From a bacterium (lineage in GTDB: Bacteria > Hinthialibacterota > Hinthialibacteria > Hinthialibacterales > Hinthialibacteraceae), in NCBI GenBank assembly GCA_963662285.2, contig CAXXMV010000006.1, positions 1,120,001 through 1,184,000 on the forward strand: 64,000 nt of DNA, read 5' to 3'. Under the pieces are notes generated by a model. The model worked only from the letters and a program-made list of their open reading frames with translations, did not search any database and was not told where the DNA came from. Below are positions 1 to 11,278 of this stretch, in pieces (positions within the stretch are counted from its first letter, which is position 1; the number at the start of each line of letters is the position of its first letter). The position numbers and the translations under genes are program-made.

Positions 1-113
1 ACATCATTTGTAATTTCTAGAGTTGGAGTGTTATCTAAGAATTCCCCCGCTATATTTGGTTTCGCAAAGATTAGAATTAAAGTTAAATCAAGAATGAATA
101 TTAAAATACGCAT
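1..113 (-). CDS. 5' end of a probable secreted protein (runs off the window edge)
   Basis: Manual reading of the minus strand: GAGGA RBS, then ATG at 113 giving MRILIFILDLTLILIFAKPNIAGEFLDNTPTLEITND, which is signal-peptide-like. Not in the ORF track because it is truncated. Confidence 0.55.
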   Translation of the reverse strand, partial: MRILIFILDLTLILIFAKPNIAGEFLDNTPTLEITND

Positions 114-226
114 AATTATTGGTTTTCCTCAGATTGATATAATAGAAGGGCTGATAATCTTTCAAGTAACCGGGATTTCCAATCCAATCCATAATACTGA
201 TGAGTCAACCAGTAACATCCAAAACT

Positions 227-266
227 AAAAAGCAGGGACGAACTGATTTGTTCCTCCCTGCATTTT
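227..266 (-). terminator. Intrinsic terminator after the aminotransferase gene
   Basis: GCAGGGA...TCCCTGC stem with an A-tract on the + strand (U-tract on the minus strand), just past the stop at 284. Confidence 0.65.
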
Positions 267-283
267 ATATATTATCAGATATC

Positions 284-1648
284 TCAACTAACGGCTTTAT
301 GGGCTTTGGTTATGGCGTCGATTACGCGGTCGTTCATTTCCCGGGTGAATTTTGGTCCGATCCTGACTTGGACGAAGGTATCGTTAATTCTGAGCGTCTG
401 CTTGCATGTATCAGGGCCGTACTGGATCGCCTTGCCTTCAGGGGAATTGAATGAAGGCCAGTTGGGGTGGCGGGTCTGTTTTTTCATGATTGATGATGCA
501 ATAGGCAGAAGCACTGAACCGGATATATTACCGGCGCCTACCCGCTGCTTTTTCATCTCTTCCTTAAACTTTTCACGCGCTTCTTTGTTCTTGGTTTCAA
601 TAAACACGGCGTATCCGATGTCGCCATCGGGATCAGGCCGCTTGCGCAGTTTGATGCCCGGCAGTTTCTTGATGCCGTCGCGCACGTAATTGCAGTTGCC
701 CCGCATATCTTTGATCATAGTATCGAGTTTGGGCAGTTGCGCCCCCAGCACGGCGCCGGTGAACTCGCTCATGCGGAAATTCTCTCCAGCGAAATCATCA
801 ACCTTGCTTTCGCCTAAACGGTCGGTGAAGACGCGCTGCATAACTCCCATATCATGGAAACGCGCCGCTCTTTCATAAATGATCGGATCGCTGGTAACTA
901 CCGCTCCACCTTCGCCGGAACTGATCATTTTGTGGTATTGGTAACTATAAATCCCCACATCGCCGATTGCTCCGAGTTTGGTTCCCTTGTACGAACCGCC
1001 CACGCACTGTGCGCAATCTTCTAAAACCTTGATGCCATGCTTCTTGGCGATAGCCATGATGGCGTCCATATCGCACGGGCCGCCCAGCAGATGAACCGGA
1101 ATAACTGCACGGGTTCTTGGCGTGATCTTGCGCTCAAAATCTTTGGGATCAAGGGTGATCGATTCATCAATATCAGCGAAAACCGGCAACGCTCCAGCGT
1201 TTATAACAGCAGTATAATCTGACCACCAGGTATAAGCGGGCATGATAACTTCATCGCCGGGGCCTATGCCCAAACCAGTCACCGCGCAATCCAACGCCGC
1301 TGTTCCCGATGTGACGCACAGGGGGTATTTGGCGCCGATATACTCGCCCCATCCGGTCTCAAAATCCTTGACTTTATGAGGTTTGCCCATCCCATAATAT
1401 CTGAAGGGAGATTTCTCTTTAAGCACGTCCATCAGGGCGTCGCCTTCAGTGTGGTCATAATATTGAGGCGAGATAAAAGTAGCATTGATATATGGGACTT
1501 CCGCAAATGCCGCACGGTTGTTAAGCGCGTTGCCCAGTACCGTGACTGAGCAAGCCGCCAATCCATTTTTGAGGAAACTACGCCGATGGATGCTTTGTTT
1601 TCCTGATTCTTTTTCTTTCAAATTCTGAGACATGAGATACCTCCCCAA
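284..1648 (-). CDS. DegT/DnrJ/EryC1/StrS family PLP-dependent aminotransferase with a Tat-like signal
   Basis: Motifs SGTAAL, GPGDEVI, EDCAQ, SYQYHK (PLP lysine), GEGG. N-terminal RRSFLK...AFA. Start may be MSQN. Confidence 0.9.
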   Translation of the reverse strand: MGRYLMSQNLKEKESGKQSIHRRSFLKNGLAACSVTVLGNALNNRAAFAEVPYINATFISPQYYDHTEGDALMDVLKEKSPFRYYGMGKPHKVKDFETGWGEYIGAKYPLCVTSGTAALDCAVTGLGIGPGDEVIMPAYTWWSDYTAVINAGALPVFADIDESITLDPKDFERKITPRTRAVIPVHLLGGPCDMDAIMAIAKKHGIKVLEDCAQCVGGSYKGTKLGAIGDVGIYSYQYHKMISSGEGGAVVTSDPIIYERAARFHDMGVMQRVFTDRLGESKVDDFAGENFRMSEFTGAVLGAQLPKLDTMIKDMRGNCNYVRDGIKKLPGIKLRKRPDPDGDIGYAVFIETKNKEAREKFKEEMKKQRVGAGNISGSVLLPIASSIMKKQTRHPNWPSFNSPEGKAIQYGPDTCKQTLRINDTFVQVRIGPKFTREMNDRVIDAITKAHKAVS

Positions 1649-1823
1649 CTTGTTTTAGGTTTAATCCATTATCTATGATTTCATATTATTGCATTTTCGT
1701 CAATTGGCTACGTCTCATATAGGTTTTGGAAGACCGGATGCTGTGGAACAACTTGGGTGTTTAAGTGGTTTTGATTGACTGAGAGATAAGTTGGCGTGCG
1801 CATAAAATCATAAGTGATTACAT

Positions 1824-1865
1824 CATGGGCTGACCGTTCTGCGGTCGCGCCCTTGGCGCTCCTAC
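1824..1865. repeat. Diverged REP-like palindrome (family A, CCAAGGGC...GCCCTTG type)
   Basis: Minus strand reads GTAGGAGCGCCAAGGGC-gcgaccgcagaacggtca-GCCCATG, similar to the copies at 14377 and 37748. Confidence 0.45.
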
Positions 1866-1892
1866 ACGGTGAATATGATTTTGATAATCGCT

Positions 1893-3266
1893 CTAATTGC
1901 GTAGACTATTGATCGGAGCGGGGATGTGACCGCCGTGGGCTATGAAGGCCTCGTTGCCGTCGGGGCAGGCGACATTGGTGATGCAGGATGAGCCGAAGAG
2001 TCCGCCGAAGTCAACGAAATCGCCGACTTTTTTGCCTGGCACGGGAATGACGCGCACGGCAGTGGTTTTGCCGCTGAAGACGCCAATGGCCGCTTCATCC
2101 ATGATAATTCCGCTGAGCGTCGCCGCGCTGATATCGCCGGGCAAGGCTACCATATCCAGACCGACCGAGCAGACGGCGGTCATGGCTTCCATCTTTTCAA
2201 CTGTAAGCCACTTTTGTTTGATGGCTTCTGCCAGGGCATGATCTTCCATAACCGGGATGAAGGCCCCGGATAATCCACCCACTGAAGAAGAGGCGAAGAT
2301 GCCGCCTTTTTTGATGGCGTCGTTGAGCATAGCGACTGCCGCAGTGGTTCCCGGAGCGCCGATTTTTGCAATGCCCATGGCCTGATAAATCTCGCCGACG
2401 CTATCGCCGACTTTGGGAGTCGGGGCCAGAGAGAGGTCGACCACTCCGAAACTGACGCCCAATTTAGAGGCCACTTCACGGCCAATCAATTCCCCGGTGC
2501 GGGTGACGCGGAAAGCGGTGTGTTTGGCTACTTCGGCGATTTCATCAAGTGAGACGTCGGGGTGATCCTTGACCAGGGTTTCGACGGCTCGCTTGACCAC
2601 TCCAGGGCCGCTGACGCCGACGTTGATGACGCAGGAACCTTCGCCGGCGCCGAGATAGGCGCCGGCCATGAAGGGATTATTCTCCGGGATGTTGGTGAAG
2701 ACTACTAACTTGGCGCAACCGAAGCCGTTATTGTCGCTGGTGGCAGCGGCAATTTTAAGAATCATGTCGCTGACGATGCGCACAGCATCGACGTTGATGC
2801 CCGCCTTGGATGTGCCTATATTAACCGAAGAACAGAGCCGTTTGGTCTGGCTTAATACTTCGGGCAGCGAGTTGATCAGAATGGCTTCGCCTTCGGTGAT
2901 ACCTTTGTGGACTAAAGCGGTATAACCGCCGATCAGGTCAACATTGACATCGGCGGCGGCCCGGTCTAAAGCGCGGGCCAGCTGCATGCCGTCTTTATCC
3001 CGGTGACCTTCAAGCAGTCGGCTGGCGGGAGAGACGGCCAGGCGCTTGTTGACGATGTTAAGACCGTATTTAGTGGAGAGGCTGTTGCATATCGAAACCA
3101 GGTCTTTGGCGCAGCTGTGAATTTTTTTATAGACCGATACCGAAGCCTTGGCGATATCGGGATTGGCGCAATCGTCGATATTGATGCCCATAGTGACCGT
3201 GCGGACATCCAGGTTGCCTTCTTCCAGCATTCGAACAGTATTGAGAATATCGTTTACTCGTCGCAT
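1893..3266 (-). CDS. UPF0210/DUF711 (PFL-like) family protein
   Basis: LDVRTVTMGI, CAKLVVF, NVGVSGPGVV, DLSLAPTP, VGGLSGAFIPV, CSVGLDM, and a C-terminal PAPINSLRN typical of DUF711. Confidence 0.92.
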   Translation of the reverse strand: MRRVNDILNTVRMLEEGNLDVRTVTMGINIDDCANPDIAKASVSVYKKIHSCAKDLVSICNSLSTKYGLNIVNKRLAVSPASRLLEGHRDKDGMQLARALDRAAADVNVDLIGGYTALVHKGITEGEAILINSLPEVLSQTKRLCSSVNIGTSKAGINVDAVRIVSDMILKIAAATSDNNGFGCAKLVVFTNIPENNPFMAGAYLGAGEGSCVINVGVSGPGVVKRAVETLVKDHPDVSLDEIAEVAKHTAFRVTRTGELIGREVASKLGVSFGVVDLSLAPTPKVGDSVGEIYQAMGIAKIGAPGTTAAVAMLNDAIKKGGIFASSSVGGLSGAFIPVMEDHALAEAIKQKWLTVEKMEAMTAVCSVGLDMVALPGDISAATLSGIIMDEAAIGVFSGKTTAVRVIPVPGKKVGDFVDFGGLFGSSCITNVACPDGNEAFIAHGGHIPAPINSLRN

Positions 3267-3847
3267 GGTTCCATCTTGAATAGTTGTCTTATTGAAAAGA
3301 TATCGTTGGCTACGCGGAATAGGTTTTCGTGCTGCAAAGTGGCCACTAAATCGATGGAAGAGACCAGGGTTTGCAGTTCGCCATACAGCTGTTTTATATC
3401 AATATGCTCCGGTACTGAAATTTCACCTATGTGGGTCACTTGGGTTCCCTGGATGGTGAAATAATAATCTTCGATATTGATATTGTTATCGGCCAGATAG
3501 GTGGTGACCGTCTTGATGATTCCCGGTCGGTCCCGGCCAGTCAGAGTCAGGATATAGCGGTCGGATTGTTTGGGGATATCGACCGCTTTTTCTTCGAAAT
3601 CGCGGACTATGACCGAGGCTTCGTTAGTATGGAAATTATCTTGTATCGCCTGGCTGATCTGTTCTTTGGAATAGGCCTGAGTGAATTTAGCCGTTAAGAT
3701 TACAGTGAAATATCCATGGATTACGGTTTGGCTCATTCCATCGATATCACCTCCCATATCAGTAATGGCGGAGGTGATGCGTTGAATGATTCCTATCCGG
3801 TCAGGCGCTAATAGAGATATGACGCATCGGGTTGATTCTGCAATCAC
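3254..3847 (-). CDS. Double ACT-domain protein (GcvR/UPF0237-like)
   Basis: Two ACT motifs (APDRIGII, GRDRPGII) and QHENLF near the C-terminus. Overlaps and precedes DUF711, a known pairing. Confidence 0.85.
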   Translation of the reverse strand: MIAESTRCVISLLAPDRIGIIQRITSAITDMGGDIDGMSQTVIHGYFTVILTAKFTQAYSKEQISQAIQDNFHTNEASVIVRDFEEKAVDIPKQSDRYILTLTGRDRPGIIKTVTTYLADNNINIEDYYFTIQGTQVTHIGEISVPEHIDIKQLYGELQTLVSSIDLVATLQHENLFRVANDIFSIRQLFKMEPCDE

Positions 3848-3962
3848 AATTTAATTCCCTGTCAAGCAATATGGTTTATTAAAGGATTTTGATTATTAAA
3901 ATAGATCATTACCGCATCTGATGCTGAAGGCAAGACCTTTAGAATACTTTGCATGTTTGCGT

Positions 3963-6900
3963 TTAGAGTTTGGAAACGACTTGTTTCAGTTTTTGGTATT
4001 CTTCATCCAGTTTGATTAATAATCCGGCAGCGGTTTGGAGGTCGTTGTTTTTTCCCGCCTGTTCGATGGCTTTAGATATATGACTGAGGGAGAGGGCGGA
4101 AATATTGGCCGAAGAGCCTTTCAGCGAATGAGCGGTTGATGCTAACAATTCGAGATCATTATTATGTATAGATTGATCGAGTTTTGTATAATAGTTCTTG
4201 AAATCATTAATAAAGAGGTTCATTAAATTCCGTAGGAATTCTTCATCGCCATCCACCCGTTCTAGCAATGAATTTTTATCGAATATGGGAAGATAATCTT
4301 CTTCATTGTTGTTCATGGCATCGTGAGAGTCGTTTCTTTTATGGTAAGTCCACTTTTCGATAGTGTCAACAAGTTTCTGGGGCTGAATAGGTTTAGAAAT
4401 GTAATCATCCATTCCGGCGTCAAGACAGCGTTTTTTATCGCCTGACATGGCGTGAGCGGTGATTGCGATAATAGGGATATGGTTTCTATTCTCTTTTTCG
4501 AAATTGCGTATAGCTTCAGTTGCTTCAAAACCATCCATTTCCGGCATTTGAATGTCCATCAGGATCAAGTCGAATTTATTGCTGGTATACTTTTCGATAG
4601 CTTCTTGACCATTGTTAGCGATATCTGATTTATAGCCAATTTTATTGATGATTTTTTGGACGATTTTCTGGTTAATTATGTTATCTTCGGCGATTAGAAT
4701 TGAGATATTGCGTTTTTGGTTCTCTTTAATGGAATATTTGGTTATTAAATATGAGGATTCATGGTTGGTTGGCTTGGCGTCTAATCCAATGGCTGTAGTT
4801 AAACAATTAAAAAGTAGAGACTGTCTAATCGGTTTGGTAAGATAAGCGGAGAAGCCGGCCAGTAGCATACGGGCGGCGTCGCCTTTTTGACCCATAGATG
4901 TCAACATTACCAGAGTGGTATTGTTTATGTGAGAATCATTTTTAATGATTTTACCGAGAGTTTCTCCATCCATCTCCGGCATCATCATATCGAGAATGGC
5001 AATATTAAACGGATCATTATGTTTAAGAGCCAGATGCATTTTACTCAAAGCTTCGATGCCATTCTCCGCTTCATCGCATCTAACCTGCCAGGTATGCAAC
5101 TGTTCTTTCAAGACCAATCGATTGGTTTTATTATCGTCAACAATGAGAATGCGTTTGTTTTTGATGCTTTCAGGAATTATGAAATCAGTTTGAGCGTCAG
5201 AGGATTGTTTTTGAAAAACAGTAGTAAACCAGAAAGTTGAGCCTACTCCTTCTTTACTTTCAACGCCAATGTCGCCTTTCATCATAAGCGTAAGTTCTTT
5301 TGATATTGCCAGTCCCAGCCCGGTTCCGCCATATTGGCGGGTAGTTGAACTATCTATTTGAGAGAATGATTGGAAAAGATGGTTGATGCGATCATGAGGA
5401 ATGCCAATGCCGGTGTCATGGATTTCAAAACGCAGTAAAACATCATTATCGGTCTCTTTTACTAATGTAACGCGAATACCAACTTCTCCGGCGTCGGTGA
5501 ATTTGACGGCATTGCCAGTTAGATTAATGAGGATTTGGCGCAGTCGGCTTGGATCGCCATGCAACAGGCTGGGAACAGTATGGTGTATCAGGCAAGTGAA
5601 TTCCAGTTCTTTTTCGGTTGTTTTTAGAGAGAATAAATCAACTAGTGATTCCATGCATGACCGGAGATTGAAATCAATATTCTCCAGATCAAGTTTTCGC
5701 GCTTCGATTTTTGAATAATCCAGGATATCGTTGATAACTTTTAAGAGAGAATTCGCCGAATCGTGAATGGAGTTTGAATATTCGCGTTGTTCTTGATTCA
5801 AGTCAGTTTCCAGTAAAAGGCCTGTCATTCCAATAACGCCATTCATGGGCGTACGGATTTCATGGCTCATGTTGGCCAGAAAGTTACTCTTGGCTTTACT
5901 GGCCGCTTCGGCTTCCAGTTTGGCCAGACGGAGTTCTTCTTCAGAATGTTTGCGGTGAGTGATATTGTTGATGGATAAAAGAACATGCAGTTGATCGTTG
6001 ATGGTTAATGGATCGGCGCTGATTTCCAACCATAATTCAACTGGATTGTCATTGATTACAAGCGTTCGGATTATTTCGCTGTTATGAACAGCTTGATTGG
6101 TATGATAGACCTGATTGATGATTTTCCGTATCGGGCAGCCTTGGCATGATAATCCCTTGCCGCAGCCTTTTTCTGATTCGAGGGAGTTGATACAGCAGAG
6201 ACCATTTCCTAAGGTATCATTTAACAAATCGTCAATATCTTTTTTAACTATTTTGGCGGCGACGTTATTAACTTCTATAATAGAAAAATCCTTATCAACC
6301 AGCATCATACCAATATTAGTGGTATGGAAGATAGTTTGAAGGTTATTCCTTTCCTTTTTCAGCATGTCATCGGCTGTTTGGGTCAGGATCACATGGCTGG
6401 TAGTAATAGCAATTGTTTCGAGTATCTTTTCTTCCTGGGGAGTAACGATTTTTTTACTGAATAATGCCAGTACGCCGATGGGGATTCTTTCTGAAGAAAG
6501 CAGCCGGAAACCGGCAAAAGAAACAAGGCCAATTTCTTTGGCCCACAGGGGATCGTGAATCCTTGGGTCGTTTTGAGCATTATTTGTGATGAATTTGGCT
6601 TCTTTATACGATGCCATTAAACCGGTTTCATGACATCCAAATGGAATACGCCTATGATTTTTGCCATCAATATGAGTGTAACGACCTGCACTGGCGATGA
6701 GATGAAGGCAGCGATCTTTGTGCTGGCATACATTAGAAGCATCAGTTGAATTTGGGTGGATGCATTCTGATTCACAGATGTCGCCTGGTTTGATTATCCA
6801 GATTCGGGCAAAATCCGCATCAAAAAATTCAACAATCCATTGAACAATCAGGTTCATCTTTTCTGGCAGTGAACCGGGGTGAAGCAGGCTTTCTTTCAGA

Positions 6901-7475
6901 TTAATTATTTGGTTAAGAGAGAAATCAATTTGTTTTTTTTCAGTAATATCTCTCCAGATACTTATAATATTTCCAGTTTTTGAATTATCTTTATGGTTGT
7001 GAATAATTGAAGCATCGACTGAAAAAAACTGTTTTTTATTATCTTTTGTATGAGTGAATTCAATGTTCTTACATTCACCATGCAAGGATAGTGAATTCTC
7101 AAGCCCCGCCCACTTTTCCTGAGCGTCGCCGCCCAGTTGGCTGAGCCAGTCGTTTAGATTATTAAAACTGTTTTTCGGGCAACCGGGGTCAGATAAATCG
7201 TCGAAAGCCTTATTTGAGAGGAGAATATTATGATTCTCATCAGTGATTAGGCTGGCGTTAGGTGATGATTTGAACAGAGTCTCAAAGGAATCAATCATCT
7301 GATAAGTGGTCCTTGTCTTTTTTAACAATGAGAATGAATCAATGGGTATCAAGATGTATAAAACAAGTTTTTCACTTTGTGAATATAAACATTTTGTTGA
7401 TATAGAATTTTCGCGAACACAAGAAAATAGAGCAACAATATTATTTATATCATGTAATTTGATTTTTGTCGCCAT
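3963..7475 (-). CDS. Hybrid sensor histidine kinase (PAS-GAF-PAS-HisKA-HATPase-REC-REC-HPt)
   Basis: [16 protein letters not shown]-box, NAVKFT, DTGIGI, GGTGLGL, two receiver domains (LDMMMP, MDIQMP), HPt AHSLKGSS. True start is probably the ATG at 7298, which has AAGGA upstream. Confidence 0.95.
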   Translation of the reverse strand: MATKIKLHDINNIVALFSCVRENSISTKCLYSQSEKLVLYILIPIDSFSLLKKTRTTYQMIDSFETLFKSSPNASLITDENHNILLSNKAFDDLSDPGCPKNSFNNLNDWLSQLGGDAQEKWAGLENSLSLHGECKNIEFTHTKDNKKQFFSVDASIIHNHKDNSKTGNIISIWRDITEKKQIDFSLNQIINLKESLLHPGSLPEKMNLIVQWIVEFFDADFARIWIIKPGDICESECIHPNSTDASNVCQHKDRCLHLIASAGRYTHIDGKNHRRIPFGCHETGLMASYKEAKFITNNAQNDPRIHDPLWAKEIGLVSFAGFRLLSSERIPIGVLALFSKKIVTPQEEKILETIAITTSHVILTQTADDMLKKERNNLQTIFHTTNIGMMLVDKDFSIIEVNNVAAKIVKKDIDDLLNDTLGNGLCCINSLESEKGCGKGLSCQGCPIRKIINQVYHTNQAVHNSEIIRTLVINDNPVELWLEISADPLTINDQLHVLLSINNITHRKHSEEELRLAKLEAEAASKAKSNFLANMSHEIRTPMNGVIGMTGLLLETDLNQEQREYSNSIHDSANSLLKVINDILDYSKIEARKLDLENIDFNLRSCMESLVDLFSLKTTEKELEFTCLIHHTVPSLLHGDPSRLRQILINLTGNAVKFTDAGEVGIRVTLVKETDNDVLLRFEIHDTGIGIPHDRINHLFQSFSQIDSSTTRQYGGTGLGLAISKELTLMMKGDIGVESKEGVGSTFWFTTVFQKQSSDAQTDFIIPESIKNKRILIVDDNKTNRLVLKEQLHTWQVRCDEAENGIEALSKMHLALKHNDPFNIAILDMMMPEMDGETLGKIIKNDSHINNTTLVMLTSMGQKGDAARMLLAGFSAYLTKPIRQSLLFNCLTTAIGLDAKPTNHESSYLITKYSIKENQKRNISILIAEDNIINQKIVQKIINKIGYKSDIANNGQEAIEKYTSNKFDLILMDIQMPEMDGFEATEAIRNFEKENRNHIPIIAITAHAMSGDKKRCLDAGMDDYISKPIQPQKLVDTIEKWTYHKRNDSHDAMNNNEEDYLPIFDKNSLLERVDGDEEFLRNLMNLFINDFKNYYTKLDQSIHNNDLELLASTAHSLKGSSANISALSLSHISKAIEQAGKNNDLQTAAGLLIKLDEEYQKLKQVVSKL

Positions 7476-7811
7476 GCTCCGATGGTTTATTGATAATTAT
7501 TGAAAAATTCTATTCCAAGCCAATTATCAGCCTGATGGTTATGTCTAAACCGATATACTTTGATCACAACATGATTTCAGCAGCGATTTTTTTAATTTTA
7601 CCTTATTACAAATGAAGATCAAATAAACTACAAGGATATATTTAATGGTTAGAATTTTGTACAATTTCAAAATACGTTTTTGTTTCCGAACTGGTTTAGT
7701 GGGATAAAAAAGACATTGATAAACTTGTAGCCCGGTATTATTATCCAGGGTGAATAATTAGGGAAATTAAATTCGATTAAAATACGATAAATTGTTCATG
7801 GGAGAAAAGAT

Positions 7812-9698
7812 GTGACGAAATTTAAAATGCCTTTCTTTTTTATTCTTATGGCATCATTTGTCTTTGAGTGTATTCCCGGTCTGGTTTGGGGATTAGAAAA
7901 CGATGCGCCTCTTTCGCCGGAATCCATAATTGAATCTTTGGAAAACAATACTTTATATATTGCAGAGAAAACAGCTTGCCAGATTGCTGTGTTTGACGCT
8001 GAATCTGCTATCGTGCGCTCAAGCATCTGTGTTCCTTCTGAACCGACGGGTTTGGCGCTTTCCCGTGATTCAAAGATACTTTATGTGACATGCTCTGGCG
8101 ACGAAGGGACTCTGTGTATTATCGATGTAGAAACAGAAAAAATTTTTGGTTCAGTAAAGGTGGGGCTGGGCGCTTGCAGCCCGGTTGTACGAAATGATGA
8201 CCAACGCATTTATGTTTGCAACCGTTTTGAGAATAGCGTCTCCGTAGTTGATCCTGAAGCGCGCCAAGAGGTTGCACGTTTTGCCGCGGACCGTGAACCG
8301 CAAGCAGCGGTATTATCAGCGGATGGCAAGTTTTTATTTGTGGCGCATCATATCCCTGCGGGACGCGCTAATCAGGCCAAGGTCTCAAGTACGGTTCAGG
8401 TTATCCAGACTCAGGGACTGCAAACTATAGAAAAAATCAGCCTGCCCAGCGGCAGCACCTGTTTGAAGGGTATCTGCATAACGCCGGATGGCCGTTATAT
8501 TTTTGTGACTCATATCCTGGCCCATTTTCAAATGCCCGCCACCCAGCTGGAGCGCGGATGGATCAACACCAACGCCTTAACCATCATCGACGCCAATAAC
8601 CATAGTTATGTAAATACAGTTTTGCTGGATGATGTGGATCGCGGCGCCGCTAATCCCTGGAGCGTCAAATGCAGCCCCGATGGGAAATATCTTGGCGTGG
8701 TTCATTCTGGCATGCATGAACTAAGTCTGATTGATTTACCTGCTTTTATAGAAAAACTAGAAAATCTTCCGGAAGAATCACAAGGTTCAGGATATGGTTA
8801 TTCCAGCGGTGATGGTGGATATACTACCAGCATTGCTGACGCTCCGACTGATCTTACCTTTATGGTGAAAATTCGCAGCCGTATTAAACTTCAGGGTAGC
8901 GGCCCCCGTGGGCTGGCTTTTCTTGGTTCGAGGGTTTATGTACCTAATTATTTCTCTGACAACCTTAATGTTATTGATCTGCAAGCCAAGCGCATAAAAG
9001 TGACGCAATCTATCGCCTTAGGAGAAGAGATGGAGCGATCCATCCAACGATGGGGCGAGGAATTGTTCCATGATGCATCCATCTGTTTTCAAGGCTGGCA
9101 GAGTTGTTCCAGTTGTCATCCTGACGCCAGGGTAGACGGTTTGAACTGGGATTTGCTCAACGATGGAATAGGCAACCCCAAAAATTCAAAAAGCATGTTG
9201 CTGGCGCATCGAACTCCTCCCGCCATGAGCACTGGAGTGCGGCCCGATGCGGAATATGCAGTGCGCAGTGGATTGCGCCATATACTGTTTGTCGAACGTC
9301 CCAAGGAAGAAGCCGAGGCGATGGATGAATATCTCAAGTCGATGAAGCCGATGGATAGTCCAATCAAGCGTGATAAAGCTTTCGCCTCAAAAATCCAAAA
9401 TGGGAAAAGATTATTCTTCAGCCCGGAAACCCGTTGCGCGTCTTGCCATAGCGGCCCGTTATTCACCGATATGCAATTGTATGACGTTGGTTTGCAGGGG
9501 TCTTATGATAAACAAGGGAAATTTGATAATCCCAGTTTGATTGAACTATGGCGCACCGGCCCATACTTACATGATGGCCGCGCGGCGACTTTGCGTGATG
9601 TCATATCCACCTGGAATCCTGAAGACCGCCATGGGCGTACCTCGCAACTTAGCGAAGAAGAGATGGCTGATCTGGAAGCCTTTTTGCTGTCTTTGTGA
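7812..9698 (+). CDS. Secreted YVTN-type beta-propeller fused to a di-haem cytochrome c peroxidase/MauG-like domain
   Basis: Signal peptide, repeated S/TPDG..YV propeller blades, haem motifs CSSCH and CASCH, and PSL..LWRTGPYLHDG. Confidence 0.85.
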   Translation: MTKFKMPFFFILMASFVFECIPGLVWGLENDAPLSPESIIESLENNTLYIAEKTACQIAVFDAESAIVRSSICVPSEPTGLALSRDSKILYVTCSGDEGTLCIIDVETEKIFGSVKVGLGACSPVVRNDDQRIYVCNRFENSVSVVDPEARQEVARFAADREPQAAVLSADGKFLFVAHHIPAGRANQAKVSSTVQVIQTQGLQTIEKISLPSGSTCLKGICITPDGRYIFVTHILAHFQMPATQLERGWINTNALTIIDANNHSYVNTVLLDDVDRGAANPWSVKCSPDGKYLGVVHSGMHELSLIDLPAFIEKLENLPEESQGSGYGYSSGDGGYTTSIADAPTDLTFMVKIRSRIKLQGSGPRGLAFLGSRVYVPNYFSDNLNVIDLQAKRIKVTQSIALGEEMERSIQRWGEELFHDASICFQGWQSCSSCHPDARVDGLNWDLLNDGIGNPKNSKSMLLAHRTPPAMSTGVRPDAEYAVRSGLRHILFVERPKEEAEAMDEYLKSMKPMDSPIKRDKAFASKIQNGKRLFFSPETRCASCHSGPLFTDMQLYDVGLQGSYDKQGKFDNPSLIELWRTGPYLHDGRAATLRDVISTWNPEDRHGRTSQLSEEEMADLEAFLLSL

Positions 9699-9728
9699 TG
9701 TAGTAATTAATGATTGATAAAAACGCAA

Positions 9729-9762
9729 CCCACCTCTAACTCCCCCCAAACTTGGGGGGAGG
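9729..9762. repeat. REP-like palindrome family C (CTCTAACTCCCCCC-N-TTGGGGGGAG)
   Basis: Near-identical copies at 39191-39223 and 60848-60881. Confidence 0.75.
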
Positions 9763-9781
9763 GTTTAATCCTATCAAACAT

Positions 9782-9807
9782 GTAGGGTGCGCCTCTTATA
9801 GGCGCCC
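9782..9807. repeat. GTAG-type REP palindrome
   Basis: GTAGGGTGCGCCTCTTATAGGCGCCC. A related copy is on the minus strand at 37667-37692. Confidence 0.55.
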
Positions 9808-9830
9808 GAATCTCCCAATAATCATGGGCA

Positions 9831-11072
9831 TCACTTGGTTTGATTAATAAGCGCATCAAACGTGGTTGCGTCATGAGTCGCCAGACGCAGGATGTCGTTA
9901 TCGCCGTCGCCATCCAAATCGCCTACCTGACCGTTATAGATTCCATCGTTGGTTAATAATTGTTTCTTCCATTTCAGGTTGTCGCCCTGATTGAGAAAGA
10001 TATAGACTGGCGTTTCTTTCTCGCCTAATCCTATAGCGCGGCTTTTGTTGAATCCCGCCAGAACGTCATAGTCTCCATCGCAATCCATATCAAATACCTG
10101 GATAGTATGGGTGGCCGTCATGTTTTCAGCGATGACATGCTCTTCCCATGGACCATTCCTGGGGTCCTTGGCGCTATACCATGCAAGCGGGTATTCTTTG
10201 CGCTCCGAATGTGAAATGAAAATTTCTACCCGTCCATCGCCATTGATGTCGCGGCAGAAATGCTTGGTTGCGTTTTTGGACCAGTCTCCTGTCTGGTTAT
10301 GCCATTTCGGATCGATAGTGCGCACCGTCCAATCTGCGAGAAGGTCGGCCCCGGGATTTTCAATCCAATATCCATTGACGGCAATATCAACATCGCCGTC
10401 TCCGTCAATGTCGCCCACGTCCATTCCTTCATGCAGGTTCTTGATGGTGAAATCCTGGGCTTTGATCCATTTGTCGGGTGCATCCTGGCGGAAGATGGTT
10501 ATGTTATTTTCTACGTAGGATATGACAACCAGATCAAGTTTTTTATCGTTATTAAAATCAACCAGGTTTACATCTTTGATGAAGTCGGGAGACTGCCCGA
10601 TGCGGTGAGCTTTCCATGATGGATTCTCGAACCAATAGGCCGTTGTGGGATCGCCGCCTTTATCCCATTCGCCGGGGTGCTCAAAACCGAGGATATCCAG
10701 ATCGCCATCATTGTCGATGTCGCCGATATCCAGATCGCCGCAGGAAAAAGTTTCACCGCCCGGGGCTTTCTCCGCGATAATATGCTGCACCCATGATTTT
10801 CCGCCATCACGGGATTCAAGCCAGCCCAGCCAGCCGCCGTGACCGTTATCATTTTGCAGCGCGATATCCTGGAGACCGTCACCGTTGATGTCTCCCAAGG
10901 CTCGCGCCCACCATAAATTGGCGCTGGTGGAGATGGGATAGGTTTTGAATTCCACATCGGCGCATCCCATCATGGGCGTGAAGGTGACTACGTGAAAGAG
11001 CAGGGCGCAAAAAAGACAAATAGCTGTTAGTTTTTGATTGTAGAGTAGTTTCATAATATTCTTTCCATGCAC
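9831..11072 (-). CDS. FG-GAP/VCBS repeat beta-propeller protein, secreted
   Basis: Multiple GDIDxDGDxD repeats and an N-terminal hydrophobic signal. Confidence 0.9.
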   Translation of the reverse strand: MHGKNIMKLLYNQKLTAICLFCALLFHVVTFTPMMGCADVEFKTYPISTSANLWWARALGDINGDGLQDIALQNDNGHGGWLGWLESRDGGKSWVQHIIAEKAPGGETFSCGDLDIGDIDNDGDLDILGFEHPGEWDKGGDPTTAYWFENPSWKAHRIGQSPDFIKDVNLVDFNNDKKLDLVVISYVENNITIFRQDAPDKWIKAQDFTIKNLHEGMDVGDIDGDGDVDIAVNGYWIENPGADLLADWTVRTIDPKWHNQTGDWSKNATKHFCRDINGDGRVEIFISHSERKEYPLAWYSAKDPRNGPWEEHVIAENMTATHTIQVFDMDCDGDYDVLAGFNKSRAIGLGEKETPVYIFLNQGDNLKWKKQLLTNDGIYNGQVGDLDGDGDNDILRLATHDATTFDALINQTK

Positions 11073-11126
11073 AATTATAATTTTTAAGGATCAACAAGGA
11101 TTTGAGTACTTTTAAATAATTTTTTT

Positions 11127-11278
11127 TGTCTGAATCAGGATAACCAGGATGATAGGATGCTCTTGATAAGTGAATCTATAATTAATCACCTCAGAATCAG
11201 AATAAGCAACGAGAAACCATATGCTTTTGATGTGAAATCCTGAATATCCGGTAAATCCAGAGTATCCTGATTCAGACA
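11127..11278. repeat. Inverted-repeat-bounded element with ~9-nt periodic ATCC subrepeats
   Basis: TGTCTGAATCAGGATA (11127-11142) is the exact reverse complement of TATCCTGATTCAGACA (11263-11278), with internal GGAT/ATCC repeats. Confidence 0.6.

Noticed and set aside
7299-7475. N-terminal 59-aa extension of the hybrid kinase
   Set aside because: AT-rich with no domain features, and a better RBS precedes the ATG at 7298.
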